Shown one piece after another: positions 18,449 to 28,130 of a stretch of 64,000 nt of DNA; the first letter of the stretch is position 1; each line of letters starts with the position of its first letter. Source of the DNA: a virus; the IMG/VR virus record IMGVR_UViG_3300021964_010186, positions 15,124 through 79,123 of that record. One strand, given 5' to 3'. Position numbers and translations under genes: made by a program. The notes under the pieces were generated by a model. That model was not told the DNA's origin. It made no database searches and saw only the letters and a program-made list of their open reading frames with translations.

Positions 18449-19764
18449 TCTAATGCTTTCTTGTTTTTTGCTAAGATTTTTTTGATATCTGTGCCACGGA
18501 TACTATCTAGTCTCTCTATTTCCGCTTTGCCATCCTTCTGACCTTTTCTGTACAACTCTTCATCGTAAACTAACTCGTTGTTCCTTTTTTGTTTCTGCAT
18601 TTCGTCTAACTGCGAAAAGAAATTGTTTAATTTTTTGTTTTTGTATTTGATTGTCTTTTCTCTAACATCATCTATTATCTCAGTCATAATGTCATAAGGC
18701 ATGAACAAAGGTGCCATAGCATTGTTATGGGAGAAGTTAAAAACTTGTTTAGTCAACAACTCGATGTTCAGCTCATTACTTAACAGCACCATATTTTCCA
18801 AATCAAACAATCCCGGTAATGTAATAGTTAGGTCCAACTGCAGTCTTTGATTTTGCTCTTTTACGAATTTTAGTCCATACTTTATATTTGTTAACCATTC
18901 ATCATACTTTAGACCAGTTCTTATGTACTCCCCAATTTCCCCGGTACCATCTATTGAAGCACAAATTTGCCAATTAGGAAAGTACCTTAATATGTCGTCA
19001 AACAAGTTGTATTTGTAGAAATTTATCCTACTCATATTAGAATTGTACCTTGCTAATACTTTATCTTGGTAGCCAAGTTCTACAATCCTTTTCATCGCTT
19101 CCCAGTGTATCTTCCACATCAGAGGTTCTCCCCCACACCAGTATAGTTCGGTTATACGTTTTTGTTCAACCGCTTCTGTGAATTCCTTCACTACTTGCTG
19201 ATCATGGAATAGTTCTAACTGTGCTTTGATGTCTTTCCTGCCCCATATCCTATATCGTTCGTAATCGCCCTTACCGTGTTTCTTATTCTCAGTTTCCCAT
19301 GTACTACTCAGCATATCTCCACACATCCTACAACTAAAATTGCACAGATTAGAAAACCTATAATCAAAACTTTGTGTCTTCATTGTGGTGGCACCTGTTT
19401 CATCTGTGCTGTTGTACGCTTGTTCTATGTTGTTCCTATACAACCAATTAAAGTGTTGTCTGTACACCTGTTCATTTAACAATTTGTGATTGCACACAGT
19501 ACACTGAGGGATTTCCTCACCTGCTAATAACTTTAACCGCACAGACTTCATATAGTCAGAATTCCAGTGCTGTTCTAATGTGGTTAGATTCAATTTGTCA
19601 TTATTACCTTTTGGGTCTATAGTGTCTATGTACTGTTTGAAGTTTTCGCTTGATTCTCTAGAACTACAACACAACCTTCGTTCCATCTGTGGCGACAGGT
19701 AAGTGTGCGTCCATGGTGCCATGCAGAATGTCTTGTTGCCCTCGTTAGGTTTAATTCTTTTCAT
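18430..19764 (-). CDS. radical SAM protein with N-terminal twitch-like domain
   Basis: FCMAPWTH...LCC...QCTVC, then CNFSCRMC, GGEPL, SIDG, EYIRTG; AT-rich. Confidence 0.9.
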   Translation of the reverse strand: MKRIKPNEGNKTFCMAPWTHTYLSPQMERRLCCSSRESSENFKQYIDTIDPKGNNDKLNLTTLEQHWNSDYMKSVRLKLLAGEEIPQCTVCNHKLLNEQVYRQHFNWLYRNNIEQAYNSTDETGATTMKTQSFDYRFSNLCNFSCRMCGDMLSSTWETENKKHGKGDYERYRIWGRKDIKAQLELFHDQQVVKEFTEAVEQKRITELYWCGGEPLMWKIHWEAMKRIVELGYQDKVLARYNSNMSRINFYKYNLFDDILRYFPNWQICASIDGTGEIGEYIRTGLKYDEWLTNIKYGLKFVKEQNQRLQLDLTITLPGLFDLENMVLLSNELNIELLTKQVFNFSHNNAMAPLFMPYDIMTEIIDDVREKTIKYKNKKLNNFFSQLDEMQKQKRNNELVYDEELYRKGQKDGKAEIERLDSIRGTDIKKILAKNKKALEWWTSI

Positions 19765-21034
19765 ACAACTCCTGTAATTCAGGAAACACCGTGAGCATGT
19801 CTTCGTCTCTAATCAAGTCTAATTTTTTCATTATGTCTTTGAACTGTCCTAAATCCTTGCTGTTGTTCCTCCTCATCATGTAATCCAGACCTGATTCATA
19901 ACCTTTTGTGGCCCTGGTCAGATGATCTAACGGTTTTAACCATTCAAGATGTTTCTCATATTTTTCTTTTACTTTCTGTTTGTATGATTCCGGCAATAGA
20001 TCGATCCTCTGCGGGTATGGAAACTGTAACAGATTGAAATTGAAGTCCTGTGGTTTCAGTAATCCTTGATCTACCCAGTTCCTGTGGAAGTCTGGTATGT
20101 GTAGCGCATTAATCAAACCCACCGTTGAACTGATATAGAAATCCACTTGCGGACAAACCTGTAACATGCGTCGCCTATTAGCCACAACTTCTTCCCATAC
20201 GGTACCTTTACGCATAAGTTCACCTCGCTTACCTTCCGCATCGAGACTGGCGCCTATTGAAACCGAATCAAATTTGTTCCAAAGTTCGAGTATGTCTATG
20301 TCTTTAAATCTCGTCTTGGTGAAATTGGTATTATATATCAATCTGACATGATACATCTTTCGCCTGTCTAATTCCTTCAATATCCTGTAGTGCTCTTCCA
20401 TTATAATGGGCTCCCCACCTGCGAAATAGAACTGTTCCACATGATCGAACTGATCCAACATCTGTGTCCATATGTCATCACTGCTTCTACCTACACGCAT
20501 GACCTTTGCGTGATTAGGTGGTAATCCTGTAAGTTTCTTGTGATCCTCATACCAATTGGAACTGAACCAAGTGCCACAACTCCGGCAGGCCAGATTACAC
20601 AGGTTGCTGAACCTTATGTCCCAATACTTGATCACAAAGTCAGCCGTGCCATCTGGCTGAGTATTATCTACCATTCCTATGTTGTGTCCAAAATGTTTGT
20701 TTGAACTCAATCTCAAACTGAAGAATCCTGATTGTTCCTGATCATAGCATTTGGTACATTGTTTGCTGGTTTTGTTTGCCAACATATTGTTTCTGATACC
20801 TTTCATTGTATCGTTATTGAACACTTCCACCATGGAATTCTTGTTCAGATCGCCGACTGGATACTTGTCTAAAGCAAAGCAACAAGGATAGGCCCTACCA
20901 TCGGGGAAAGCATGTATATGCAACCATGGCATCATACAGAAGGTATCACTGTCTATAAGCAATTCTTTTTGCCTATCTGTCATGTCCTTGATCTTTAGTT
21001 TCTCGGGTTCTTTAGCTCCGTAATCATATGTCAC
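19751..21034 (-). CDS. radical SAM protein with N-terminal twitch-like domain
   Basis: FCMMPWLH...PCC...QCTKCY, then CNLACRSC, GGEPI, YNTNF, SLDA. Confidence 0.9.
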   Translation of the reverse strand: MTYDYGAKEPEKLKIKDMTDRQKELLIDSDTFCMMPWLHIHAFPDGRAYPCCFALDKYPVGDLNKNSMVEVFNNDTMKGIRNNMLANKTSKQCTKCYDQEQSGFFSLRLSSNKHFGHNIGMVDNTQPDGTADFVIKYWDIRFSNLCNLACRSCGTWFSSNWYEDHKKLTGLPPNHAKVMRVGRSSDDIWTQMLDQFDHVEQFYFAGGEPIIMEEHYRILKELDRRKMYHVRLIYNTNFTKTRFKDIDILELWNKFDSVSIGASLDAEGKRGELMRKGTVWEEVVANRRRMLQVCPQVDFYISSTVGLINALHIPDFHRNWVDQGLLKPQDFNFNLLQFPYPQRIDLLPESYKQKVKEKYEKHLEWLKPLDHLTRATKGYESGLDYMMRRNNSKDLGQFKDIMKKLDLIRDEDMLTVFPELQELYEKN

Positions 21035-22367
21035 GATACCATTCTCCTATAATCGGAAAGGTCTTCTCAAAATCCTTTCCACTGCGTTTGTCATACTGAC
21101 TGTAGAATGCTTTGAAATCTTGTTGTAGTTTGTCCTGTGTGGCCGCACCCACATGTGGTGTTTTCACCACGTCCAAGTAATCGATTAATCTCTGTGTATG
21201 ATCTATTTCCATGGGGTGTAACCATTTCTCATTACTAGTTAAGAACTTTTCTAATCCTCCTTTAAATTTGTTCCTTAGTTCATCTGGTAGCACTAGTGGT
21301 GATTGGAAACTTGGAAATCTCAATATGTTCAAAGTGAAGTTGATCGACGGTCCATACACCTTGCCTGCATTTTTCAACCAGACTATCTTTTCGAGAAATT
21401 CTGGCAGTGATTCTAAACACAACGCATTGATGGTCGACATATTGTGTATCTCTGACGGTATCTTATCCACCATCATGTGTAAAACACGACTGAACCAGTC
21501 ACCGTAGTCGAGACCGTCCCTTATGTATTCCGCTTGAGAGAATGTTGCTTCACAACTTGTGTACAGATGAAAGTTTTTGAATCCTTTTAATTTACGTTTG
21601 AACCTATCAATTATACTATCCTTGGCTCCGAGGTTTGAATTAATTGCTATATTCATATTCGGATTCATTTTATCACCTTGTGTTTCTATCCAGTCCAATA
21701 ACCTCCATAGGTTTGGAGACATCATTGGTTCTCCTCCCGTGATTCTCAATTCATTTAGTGTCTTATGCAAATCAGATTCCCACCATCTGTAAAATGCTTC
21801 CACGTAGGGATTGGTTTCATCTTTCTTGTAGGGCTCTGCACTGTTGTGTGGATGAGTAAAATGATTTCGGCCATCGGATTTCAATCCAGTGTATGGCCCT
21901 TTTTGCTTGATGTTATTTGCCCAGGTTGAACTAAACGCAGGATTACAATATGTACAAGCAAAATTACACGTTCTATCAAATGCTATCTCCAGTGTTTTTA
22001 AATTCACATCTTCGTTGTGATCTAATTTGTAAGCCGTGTCTAGCTCGTTGTTAGTGAATATCTTTGATTTGTACACCCTGTCACTGATATTATCCCTGTG
22101 TATGTCCTCAATCTTCCAACAATATTCACAGCCTGCCGGTCTTTCACCATTCTGCATTTGCCTACGTTGTTCTTTCTTCTGTGGTGTGTTGTGCAGAAGT
22201 TTTGGATTGGACTGAACGGCAATAGGATCAACCTTGTGTGGCAACGGATGGTGACAGCTCGTGGTCATCCCCGAGCCCAACCATATTGTGGCGTTGTACC
22301 ACTTGGCCCCACAGAAACTTGCTGACTTTGTATCTAATATCTTTTTCTTATATTCGAGATCGTCCAT
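21024..22367 (-). CDS. radical SAM protein with N-terminal twitch-like domain (CxAKW subtype)
   Basis: FCGAKW...SCHHP...GCEYCW, then CNFACTYC, TGGEP, AEYIRDG. Confidence 0.9.
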   Translation of the reverse strand: MDDLEYKKKILDTKSASFCGAKWYNATIWLGSGMTTSCHHPLPHKVDPIAVQSNPKLLHNTPQKKEQRRQMQNGERPAGCEYCWKIEDIHRDNISDRVYKSKIFTNNELDTAYKLDHNEDVNLKTLEIAFDRTCNFACTYCNPAFSSTWANNIKQKGPYTGLKSDGRNHFTHPHNSAEPYKKDETNPYVEAFYRWWESDLHKTLNELRITGGEPMMSPNLWRLLDWIETQGDKMNPNMNIAINSNLGAKDSIIDRFKRKLKGFKNFHLYTSCEATFSQAEYIRDGLDYGDWFSRVLHMMVDKIPSEIHNMSTINALCLESLPEFLEKIVWLKNAGKVYGPSINFTLNILRFPSFQSPLVLPDELRNKFKGGLEKFLTSNEKWLHPMEIDHTQRLIDYLDVVKTPHVGAATQDKLQQDFKAFYSQYDKRSGKDFEKTFPIIGEWYRDI

Positions 22368-22482
22368 CTTTCCCCTTGAAATAATCTTTCAGTTTATTGT
22401 ATTCGTGTTCCGGACAGAGCGTGTCACTCTCGAACATCACGTCCTTGACCCAGTGATAATGTGCTATCGTCTTCTTGCTCAT
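22348..22482 (-). CDS. 44-aa peptide
   Basis: MSKKTIAHYHWVKDVMFESDTLCPEHEYNKLKDYFKGKDGRSRI*; ATGA overlap with upstream stop; overlaps start of the rSAM gene. Confidence 0.6.
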   Translation of the reverse strand: MSKKTIAHYHWVKDVMFESDTLCPEHEYNKLKDYFKGKDGRSRI

Positions 22483-23093
22483 GAATTCATCCTTTGGTAT
22501 ACCTTTTCTGCCCATTGTTGATTTTGTTCTACGGTCATGTGATTGATTGTGCCAATACCCCAACCGTCCTTGACGATTGCCCCCTTGCTGAATGCAAATA
22601 TACTTTCGTCTATGACCGTGCCCGTCTCTAATTTGATACCGGCATCCTTGCCCGCCGTTTCAAAAGGTCGGAAACTCCACATCTGCACGATGGTTTTATC
22701 TTCGAGCGTTGATAACACGTTCTGATCATAATACTTCAATGCGTATTCGTAGGCCAACTCGTCTTTGTCATAATCGTGTAGATGTATCCAGTACTGTTCC
22801 AATGCCTTGTAAAGGTTTGGATCAACACCATCCAACGGTTGTGTGTTCGCACTTAAGGTGTATCTTGGGTGGTAAAGCCTGTATGGCTCAGTCCAACAGA
22901 ATATCGAAACATCTGGGACGCTGTCCTGTTCTATTAGTCTGTTGAAACGCATAAACACACTCCAGATACTGCGTCCAGGTTCACCAAACCATCTTATCCT
23001 AGAACACCCTAGTTTCTCCTGTAGGATGTTGCACCAGCTCTCGGGTTGATTGCTGGCACAGAAACTGTCTCCAAAAAATCCTATTGTCCTCAT
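22479..23093 (-). CDS. SGNH/GDSL-fold protein
   Basis: GFFGDSFC, GEPGRS, C-terminal NHM...N..WA. Confidence 0.6.
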   Translation of the reverse strand: MRTIGFFGDSFCASNQPESWCNILQEKLGCSRIRWFGEPGRSIWSVFMRFNRLIEQDSVPDVSIFCWTEPYRLYHPRYTLSANTQPLDGVDPNLYKALEQYWIHLHDYDKDELAYEYALKYYDQNVLSTLEDKTIVQMWSFRPFETAGKDAGIKLETGTVIDESIFAFSKGAIVKDGWGIGTINHMTVEQNQQWAEKVYQRMNS

Positions 23094-24073
23094 TGTGTAA
23101 ACCTAAACAAGTCAACTTTCTTGCTCCCTTTTGTTTTGATTAGGAATTCCCTGTTCCAGTCAGTTCTTTCGAAATGTTGTTTGTTGTGCTCTAACACATC
23201 ATTCAATCGTGCATAGACGGACTTAGGATCCTGTACACTGAGTTGATGCATAGAATCAAATACCATGTTGAATCTCTTATCCCTTTCCTTTTCGTTGTCA
23301 TAACTTTCATCTATGACAGAGGAAAATGTTTTAAAGCCCAAATTACGTAATGCCCGAAGTTGTCCTTGAGATCCAAAAACAACAAAGGGACGTTTAGCCA
23401 CAATCGGTTTAGCGGTCTTTTCCGTGAAAACGCCAAAGTCTTTATGCCACGTTGTTTCTATGAATGCAGTATAGAAGGTGTTGTTGTAGATTTCAGGATC
23501 TATAAGATCACTGTATCTTAATGTGCTCTTCCATTTTTCTTCTATGGTTTCCGCCGTGTGATTCACAGGCACTTTCACATGTTTACTCCATCTGCCTTGT
23601 CTTGGATCGTCCCTGTAGTATGTCGTTAACACTTGTTCATTCACAGGATGACCCTTTAGTGTATCAAACAAAATGTCCTTGCCGGTATCTGTGCCACCCA
23701 TTAAAAAATCAAATTTCTTTAGTTTGTTGGATTTATCTTTGACGTCAATACAGTTTTCAAGCAATCCTCTACACATGTCGTTCTTGATGTAAAGGTCCTG
23801 TCCCTCATGAAACATGTTATTAAGAAATTTCAATGGTAGTCCTTGTTGATTGGCAAAATTACAACCGTAATAGTGAATGTTTGATTTATGGATGTTTGCT
23901 TTTATTAAATCCACAAATGTCCTGTGCACGCCATCCTCTTCATACACGAAACCCGGCTCATACAGATTCACAATTATGTTAGCGTAATTTCTATGTTCTT
24001 GATCAATCAATTTTTGAAGTCTTTCACCCATGTCCGCTCCACTGGTGTATATGTTAATCAGTAAAGTGCTCAT
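23090..24073 (-). CDS. putative GT-B glycosyltransferase (GT10-like TEK motif)
   Basis: IETT...VFTEKTAKPI..KRPFVVFG...L..LGFKTF...IDESYD; AT-rich. Confidence 0.5.
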   Translation of the reverse strand: MSTLLINIYTSGADMGERLQKLIDQEHRNYANIIVNLYEPGFVYEEDGVHRTFVDLIKANIHKSNIHYYGCNFANQQGLPLKFLNNMFHEGQDLYIKNDMCRGLLENCIDVKDKSNKLKKFDFLMGGTDTGKDILFDTLKGHPVNEQVLTTYYRDDPRQGRWSKHVKVPVNHTAETIEEKWKSTLRYSDLIDPEIYNNTFYTAFIETTWHKDFGVFTEKTAKPIVAKRPFVVFGSQGQLRALRNLGFKTFSSVIDESYDNEKERDKRFNMVFDSMHQLSVQDPKSVYARLNDVLEHNKQHFERTDWNREFLIKTKGSKKVDLFRFTQ

Positions 24074-25440
24074 GCGTTCCTACACTCCTCCCAGAATTCC
24101 GCCATCTCAGGGAACGTGTTGAGGAACCTGGTCAGGCGCCTGCGATCGTGTTCCGAGAAAAAAGCGTAAAAATTACGTTTGTGCTGTGCGCTCGCGTCAG
24201 CGTTCTCGCGCCAGTATGCGAGATTGCGTCGCATCTTCTGGATCTCGAAGTCCTTGAATATGTGTAGCCCGTTTGACTCGCCGGAGTTGGCCTCCATGTA
24301 CTTGATGTTGTCTTCGTGTATGCTCTGGTAACTCTCGGGTAATAATGTTATCTGTTGCCATGCGGGTTGGCGTAGCAGTGGCACGTCAAACCAAACACGC
24401 TGATAAGTTTTACTGTATCGCTTACGCAGATCCAGTATCTTTTCCAACAATCGGTCCATGCTGGTTATACTGAGGTTGTTGTAGGTCACTATGAAGGTTA
24501 TGCTGTTACGCACTGGTATGCGATCCAGGAACTCCTCCACGTTCGCCATCATGCGATCGAAGTCCAATCCATGCCTGATGTACTCGGCGCGTTTGCCGAA
24601 CGCATCCACGCTGACGAACTGCATCATGTGTTCCACCTTCTCCTCCATGCAGATATTCTGCATCATGTTGAAGTACTTGTCCTTGAGTTTTGGGTCGGCC
24701 GGACACATGTTGGATGTTACGTTGAGATGTAGGTCCTCTTTGGGATGGTCAATGATGTACTGTAGCACCCGGTAGGTGTTGACATCCATCATGGGCTCCC
24801 CACCGGTCATGCGGAAGTGCTTGAGGTTCTTGTACAGTTCTGGCCACCATCGCCAGAAAGCGTCAACGTATGGGTTGGACTCCCTGTTGGGTATTGGACT
24901 CCTGCGTCCCTGGAAGTGCTCGGGAGCGTTGTGCGGTGGCGTGGTGGGGTACTCCCCATAGCGTTCCGTCTCCTTGCCCCAGGTGGTGGAGAACTGTGGC
25001 GAACAGTAACTACACTTGAAGTTACAAGCGTGGCTGAAGTTGACCTCCACGTACCTGGGCATCCATGTCTCAGACAATGGATTCTTTACAATTTCTTCAA
25101 AGTCCTGCATGGCCCATGGCTCTCCCGAACGGTAGTGACGATCACTCATCTCACCGGCGTCCTCCAGTTTCCAGCAGTAACTACAGCCCGCGGGCCTCTC
25201 ACCCGCCAGCATCTGTCGTCTTTGCTTCAACTTCTCGTTGGTGTTGTGAAGTGCCGTGGGATTGCTATGTAGTTTTGTCGCGTCAATCTCGTGCAGGGGT
25301 GGATGGTAGCAACTGTTGGTCAGTCCCGTTGGCAGGTGCAGTGACACCTGGTTCCACTTGGCCAGGCACATGGTGGGCGAAACTGTGGCCAGTTTCTGCT
25401 CGGCCTTCAGCGCATCATTCTTGTAGTCACTTGTACTCAC
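24070..25440 (-). CDS. radical SAM protein with N-terminal twitch-like domain (CxAKW subtype)
   Basis: MCLAKW...SCYHP...GCSYCW, then CNFKCSYC, TGGEP, AEYIRHG; clear paralogue of 21024..22367. Confidence 0.9.
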   Translation of the reverse strand: MSTSDYKNDALKAEQKLATVSPTMCLAKWNQVSLHLPTGLTNSCYHPPLHEIDATKLHSNPTALHNTNEKLKQRRQMLAGERPAGCSYCWKLEDAGEMSDRHYRSGEPWAMQDFEEIVKNPLSETWMPRYVEVNFSHACNFKCSYCSPQFSTTWGKETERYGEYPTTPPHNAPEHFQGRRSPIPNRESNPYVDAFWRWWPELYKNLKHFRMTGGEPMMDVNTYRVLQYIIDHPKEDLHLNVTSNMCPADPKLKDKYFNMMQNICMEEKVEHMMQFVSVDAFGKRAEYIRHGLDFDRMMANVEEFLDRIPVRNSITFIVTYNNLSITSMDRLLEKILDLRKRYSKTYQRVWFDVPLLRQPAWQQITLLPESYQSIHEDNIKYMEANSGESNGLHIFKDFEIQKMRRNLAYWRENADASAQHKRNFYAFFSEHDRRRLTRFLNTFPEMAEFWEECRNA

Positions 25441-26326
25441 GATCCTGCACTCCTTTATTACTGTGTTGTGGCATGACGAACTTGAAGAACCTGCTGTCTT
25501 CCACGCTGTAATCTGCCACTGGTATGTCTAATCTCTGCCTAATGCTTTCCCCATAAGTGTTGAGGTCTGCGTGTACATTCTGTTCATCCAGGTAGTTTGC
25601 AAACACCTCGTGCATACGATCTATGTCACTGATGCCCATTGCCCATTCGTGGCTCTCTACCGAGGTCTGGTAACACCCTATCCTGGCTCCCAACATAGCC
25701 CATAGTCCATTATCCACATCCGCGCCCACTGTCATCCACGTGGTCAGTATCCTCAGGTTCTGTGGCCAGATGTTTTTGAATTCGCGTGGAGGTATCGGCA
25801 CTCCCTTGTTGGTGCACATCTTGACGCCCTCCCTGTAGCCCGCAGTGAATGCCTGGTATTTGTCACCGTTGATTACAGTGGTGCTGTAGCAGTTGTGTAG
25901 GTTCTCGTGTGGTACGCCCCAACAGAAATCCAGTTTGTTTTCCTCGCTGTCAGCGTTCTCGTGTGTCTTCATAGCAAGGCAGGTCTCCTTGTGCCAGCCC
26001 ACCAGTCCACCATTACCGTACACCAGTCCGTTGATGTTGTTCTTGGCCCTCCACCTGTGCACTGCCTTGGGATCGGTCTTTGACCAGTCCAGGGTCTGTA
26101 TTAGGAAGCTCTCATCTATTATGTTGTCACCGTCCACGCTGATGAAGAAATCGGTCTCCGCCAGTTCCGCCGCGGCCTTGTGTGCGGAATCGAAACCCAC
26201 CACACCATCCACACGCTTGGCCCATGGCACTTTGTTCTTGAGGTCAGCCCAGTTCTGCTCCTTGTTGGGTTCACGGAAACTGATGTACACGAAATCCAGG
26301 TCGCTTACTCTGACTCTATCTGCCAT
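25427..26326 (-). CDS. GT-A fold glycosyltransferase-like protein
   Basis: FISFREPN, AKRVDGVVG.DSAHKAAA, SVDGDN (DxD), INGLVYGNGG, AGYREGVKM. Confidence 0.7.
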   Translation of the reverse strand: MADRVRVSDLDFVYISFREPNKEQNWADLKNKVPWAKRVDGVVGFDSAHKAAAELAETDFFISVDGDNIIDESFLIQTLDWSKTDPKAVHRWRAKNNINGLVYGNGGLVGWHKETCLAMKTHENADSEENKLDFCWGVPHENLHNCYSTTVINGDKYQAFTAGYREGVKMCTNKGVPIPPREFKNIWPQNLRILTTWMTVGADVDNGLWAMLGARIGCYQTSVESHEWAMGISDIDRMHEVFANYLDEQNVHADLNTYGESIRQRLDIPVADYSVEDSRFFKFVMPQHSNKGVQDREYK

Positions 26327-26610
26327 GCCTCTCCTCCCTGCATTATTCCGTTGGGCCAGTGTATGTCGCCGTGCTCGAAACTGTAGCCCTTTTCCGCCTT
26401 TACAAGAACACTGAATCGTGTTTTAGGCTTTGGTGGTGGTCTCAGTTCGAACCGAGTGGGTGACACCCAGTGGTAAGACTGCTCACCTTTTCTCATAATT
26501 TCTTTCTTTTTATCTAGACTGACCACAACCTCCCTTCCTTCTATACAGACAGTATGCTGTTTCTCAACCACAGGCGGCATAGACTGCAGAGCCTTAAGAA
26601 GTTCTGACAT
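26305..26610 (-). CDS. hypothetical protein
   Basis: Start moved to MSELLK (ATG 26610, AAGGAG SD). Confidence 0.65.
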   Translation of the reverse strand: MSELLKALQSMPPVVEKQHTVCIEGREVVVSLDKKKEIMRKGEQSYHWVSPTRFELRPPPKPKTRFSVLVKAEKGYSFEHGDIHWPNGIMQGGEAWQIESE

Positions 26611-27388
26611 AAATCTCCTTGTCGTGATAGTGCCATGGCCTGTTGATCCTTCTCTCACCGAGATAGATCGCATCGCCGTTCTGGTTGGGATAGAGGTAGT
26701 TGTTGTGATCACCCACCCTGTCGAGACGGTTGACGGCGGGCTTATGGTGTAGGAACTTGAACCACTCGTAGTCGATCAGGTGCTTGTTGGTGGGGTCCAT
26801 CATCCTATAGGCCAGTGCGAACACCACGTCAGTGCTGGGATAATCATCATGACAGTTTATCAGCATCGTTGTCTTGACCTCTCGCCAGTTCATCGTGATG
26901 TGCCTGGCCGTGTCAAAAAACTTTTGTGCGGTTTTGCTTTTCCTGAAGTACATCAGTCCGTTGTATATGTTGGGTAGGCAATTCCTCACGAACAGTGCCC
27001 TGTAGGGAGTGTGTTTGACTATTTCATCCTTGTAGTTCCTACAGTCAACGCTGAACACCATGTCGTGTTGCCACAGGTGATGCCACCACCAATCGGTGTT
27101 GTCAGTCCATAACACATCGGCCTCTAACTTGATCGTGTGGGTGAAAGGTGTCATGTGGAACGCCTTGTGTTCGTTGGCCCACTTGATCTCGTGTTCTGAG
27201 CTGTCATCCTGTTTTAACACTTTCACGATATCCACCGCGGGGTGTTCAAACCTGCTGTTCTCATCCGTGACCACACAAATTTGATTTTCTCTGTTATATC
27301 TCTTGATACTTTCTGCGAGTTTTATGCTTAACCCAACGTAATCTGTCTTGCTGTTGTTCTGTGCGAACCATAGGAATCCCTTAGACAT
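26594..27388 (-). CDS. GT8-like nucleotide-diphospho-sugar transferase
   Basis: KGFLWFAQN, TPFTHTIKLEAD (DxD-like), PNIYNGLMYF, STDVVFALA, HHK; start MSKG at 27388. Confidence 0.6.
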   Translation of the reverse strand: MSKGFLWFAQNNSKTDYVGLSIKLAESIKRYNRENQICVVTDENSRFEHPAVDIVKVLKQDDSSEHEIKWANEHKAFHMTPFTHTIKLEADVLWTDNTDWWWHHLWQHDMVFSVDCRNYKDEIVKHTPYRALFVRNCLPNIYNGLMYFRKSKTAQKFFDTARHITMNWREVKTTMLINCHDDYPSTDVVFALAYRMMDPTNKHLIDYEWFKFLHHKPAVNRLDRVGDHNNYLYPNQNGDAIYLGERRINRPWHYHDKEIYVRTS

Positions 27389-28130
27389 CGGCCAACTCCT
27401 TGTTGAGCACATGCACGTCTTGGTGTTCAGTGTAGTTGATCTGGTCGTTGCACTGCCAGGCGATGCCGGTGTCGGTAATTTTGATAACCTTGCACCCGGG
27501 TGGCAGGGTGGCTATACTCAAGGGCATGGTGTCGTACGTGATGAATCCGTTGGCCTGCTGTAGTGCTATAGCGAAAGCGTAATCGTTCCTGAAGTTCCTG
27601 GCGCGTATCCTGTACATCTCGTTGAAGTAATGGTAATATTGCTTGATGTACTTCACCGTGTCAAAAATGCGTTTAGCCTTTAGACCTTTCTTGAAGACGA
27701 ACACAGTGGCCCACACCATGTCTATCATGCTCCACTTCCGCATGTCAAAACTGCCAACGTTGGTGAGGTCATGTGCGTCCTTGGAAACAAGGAAGTCATA
27801 ATCAGTGTCCAGGAACTGCCTGAGGTTGTCAGTGAAAGGGAAGTAGTCGATGTCCATCACCAGCGTGACCTCATAGGGTGACAGTTCATAGGCCATGTGC
27901 CTGTCCACGTTGCGCCATTCAGATCCGTTCTTTGTGTTCCCCAGCTCGGGTTCGATGAACTTGTAGTTGATGAACCCCAGGGGTTTTAATTTTTTAAACG
28001 TGTCGTAGTCCGTGACCACCGTGATTTCCAGTTGTAGATTCCGTTTGATGAGTGCGACACAACGCTCCAGTATCCTGTGATATTGGACTTCTGTCGTGTC
28101 AAAACAAAATAATAGTACTCCCTTGGTCAT
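27381..28130 (-). CDS. GT8-like nucleotide-diphospho-sugar transferase
   Basis: KGVLLF, SPYEVTLVMDIDY (DxD), WATVFVF, FRNDYAFAIA, HVLNK; paralogous to the adjacent gene. Confidence 0.62.
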   Translation of the reverse strand: MTKGVLLFCFDTTEVQYHRILERCVALIKRNLQLEITVVTDYDTFKKLKPLGFINYKFIEPELGNTKNGSEWRNVDRHMAYELSPYEVTLVMDIDYFPFTDNLRQFLDTDYDFLVSKDAHDLTNVGSFDMRKWSMIDMVWATVFVFKKGLKAKRIFDTVKYIKQYYHYFNEMYRIRARNFRNDYAFAIALQQANGFITYDTMPLSIATLPPGCKVIKITDTGIAWQCNDQINYTEHQDVHVLNKELADV

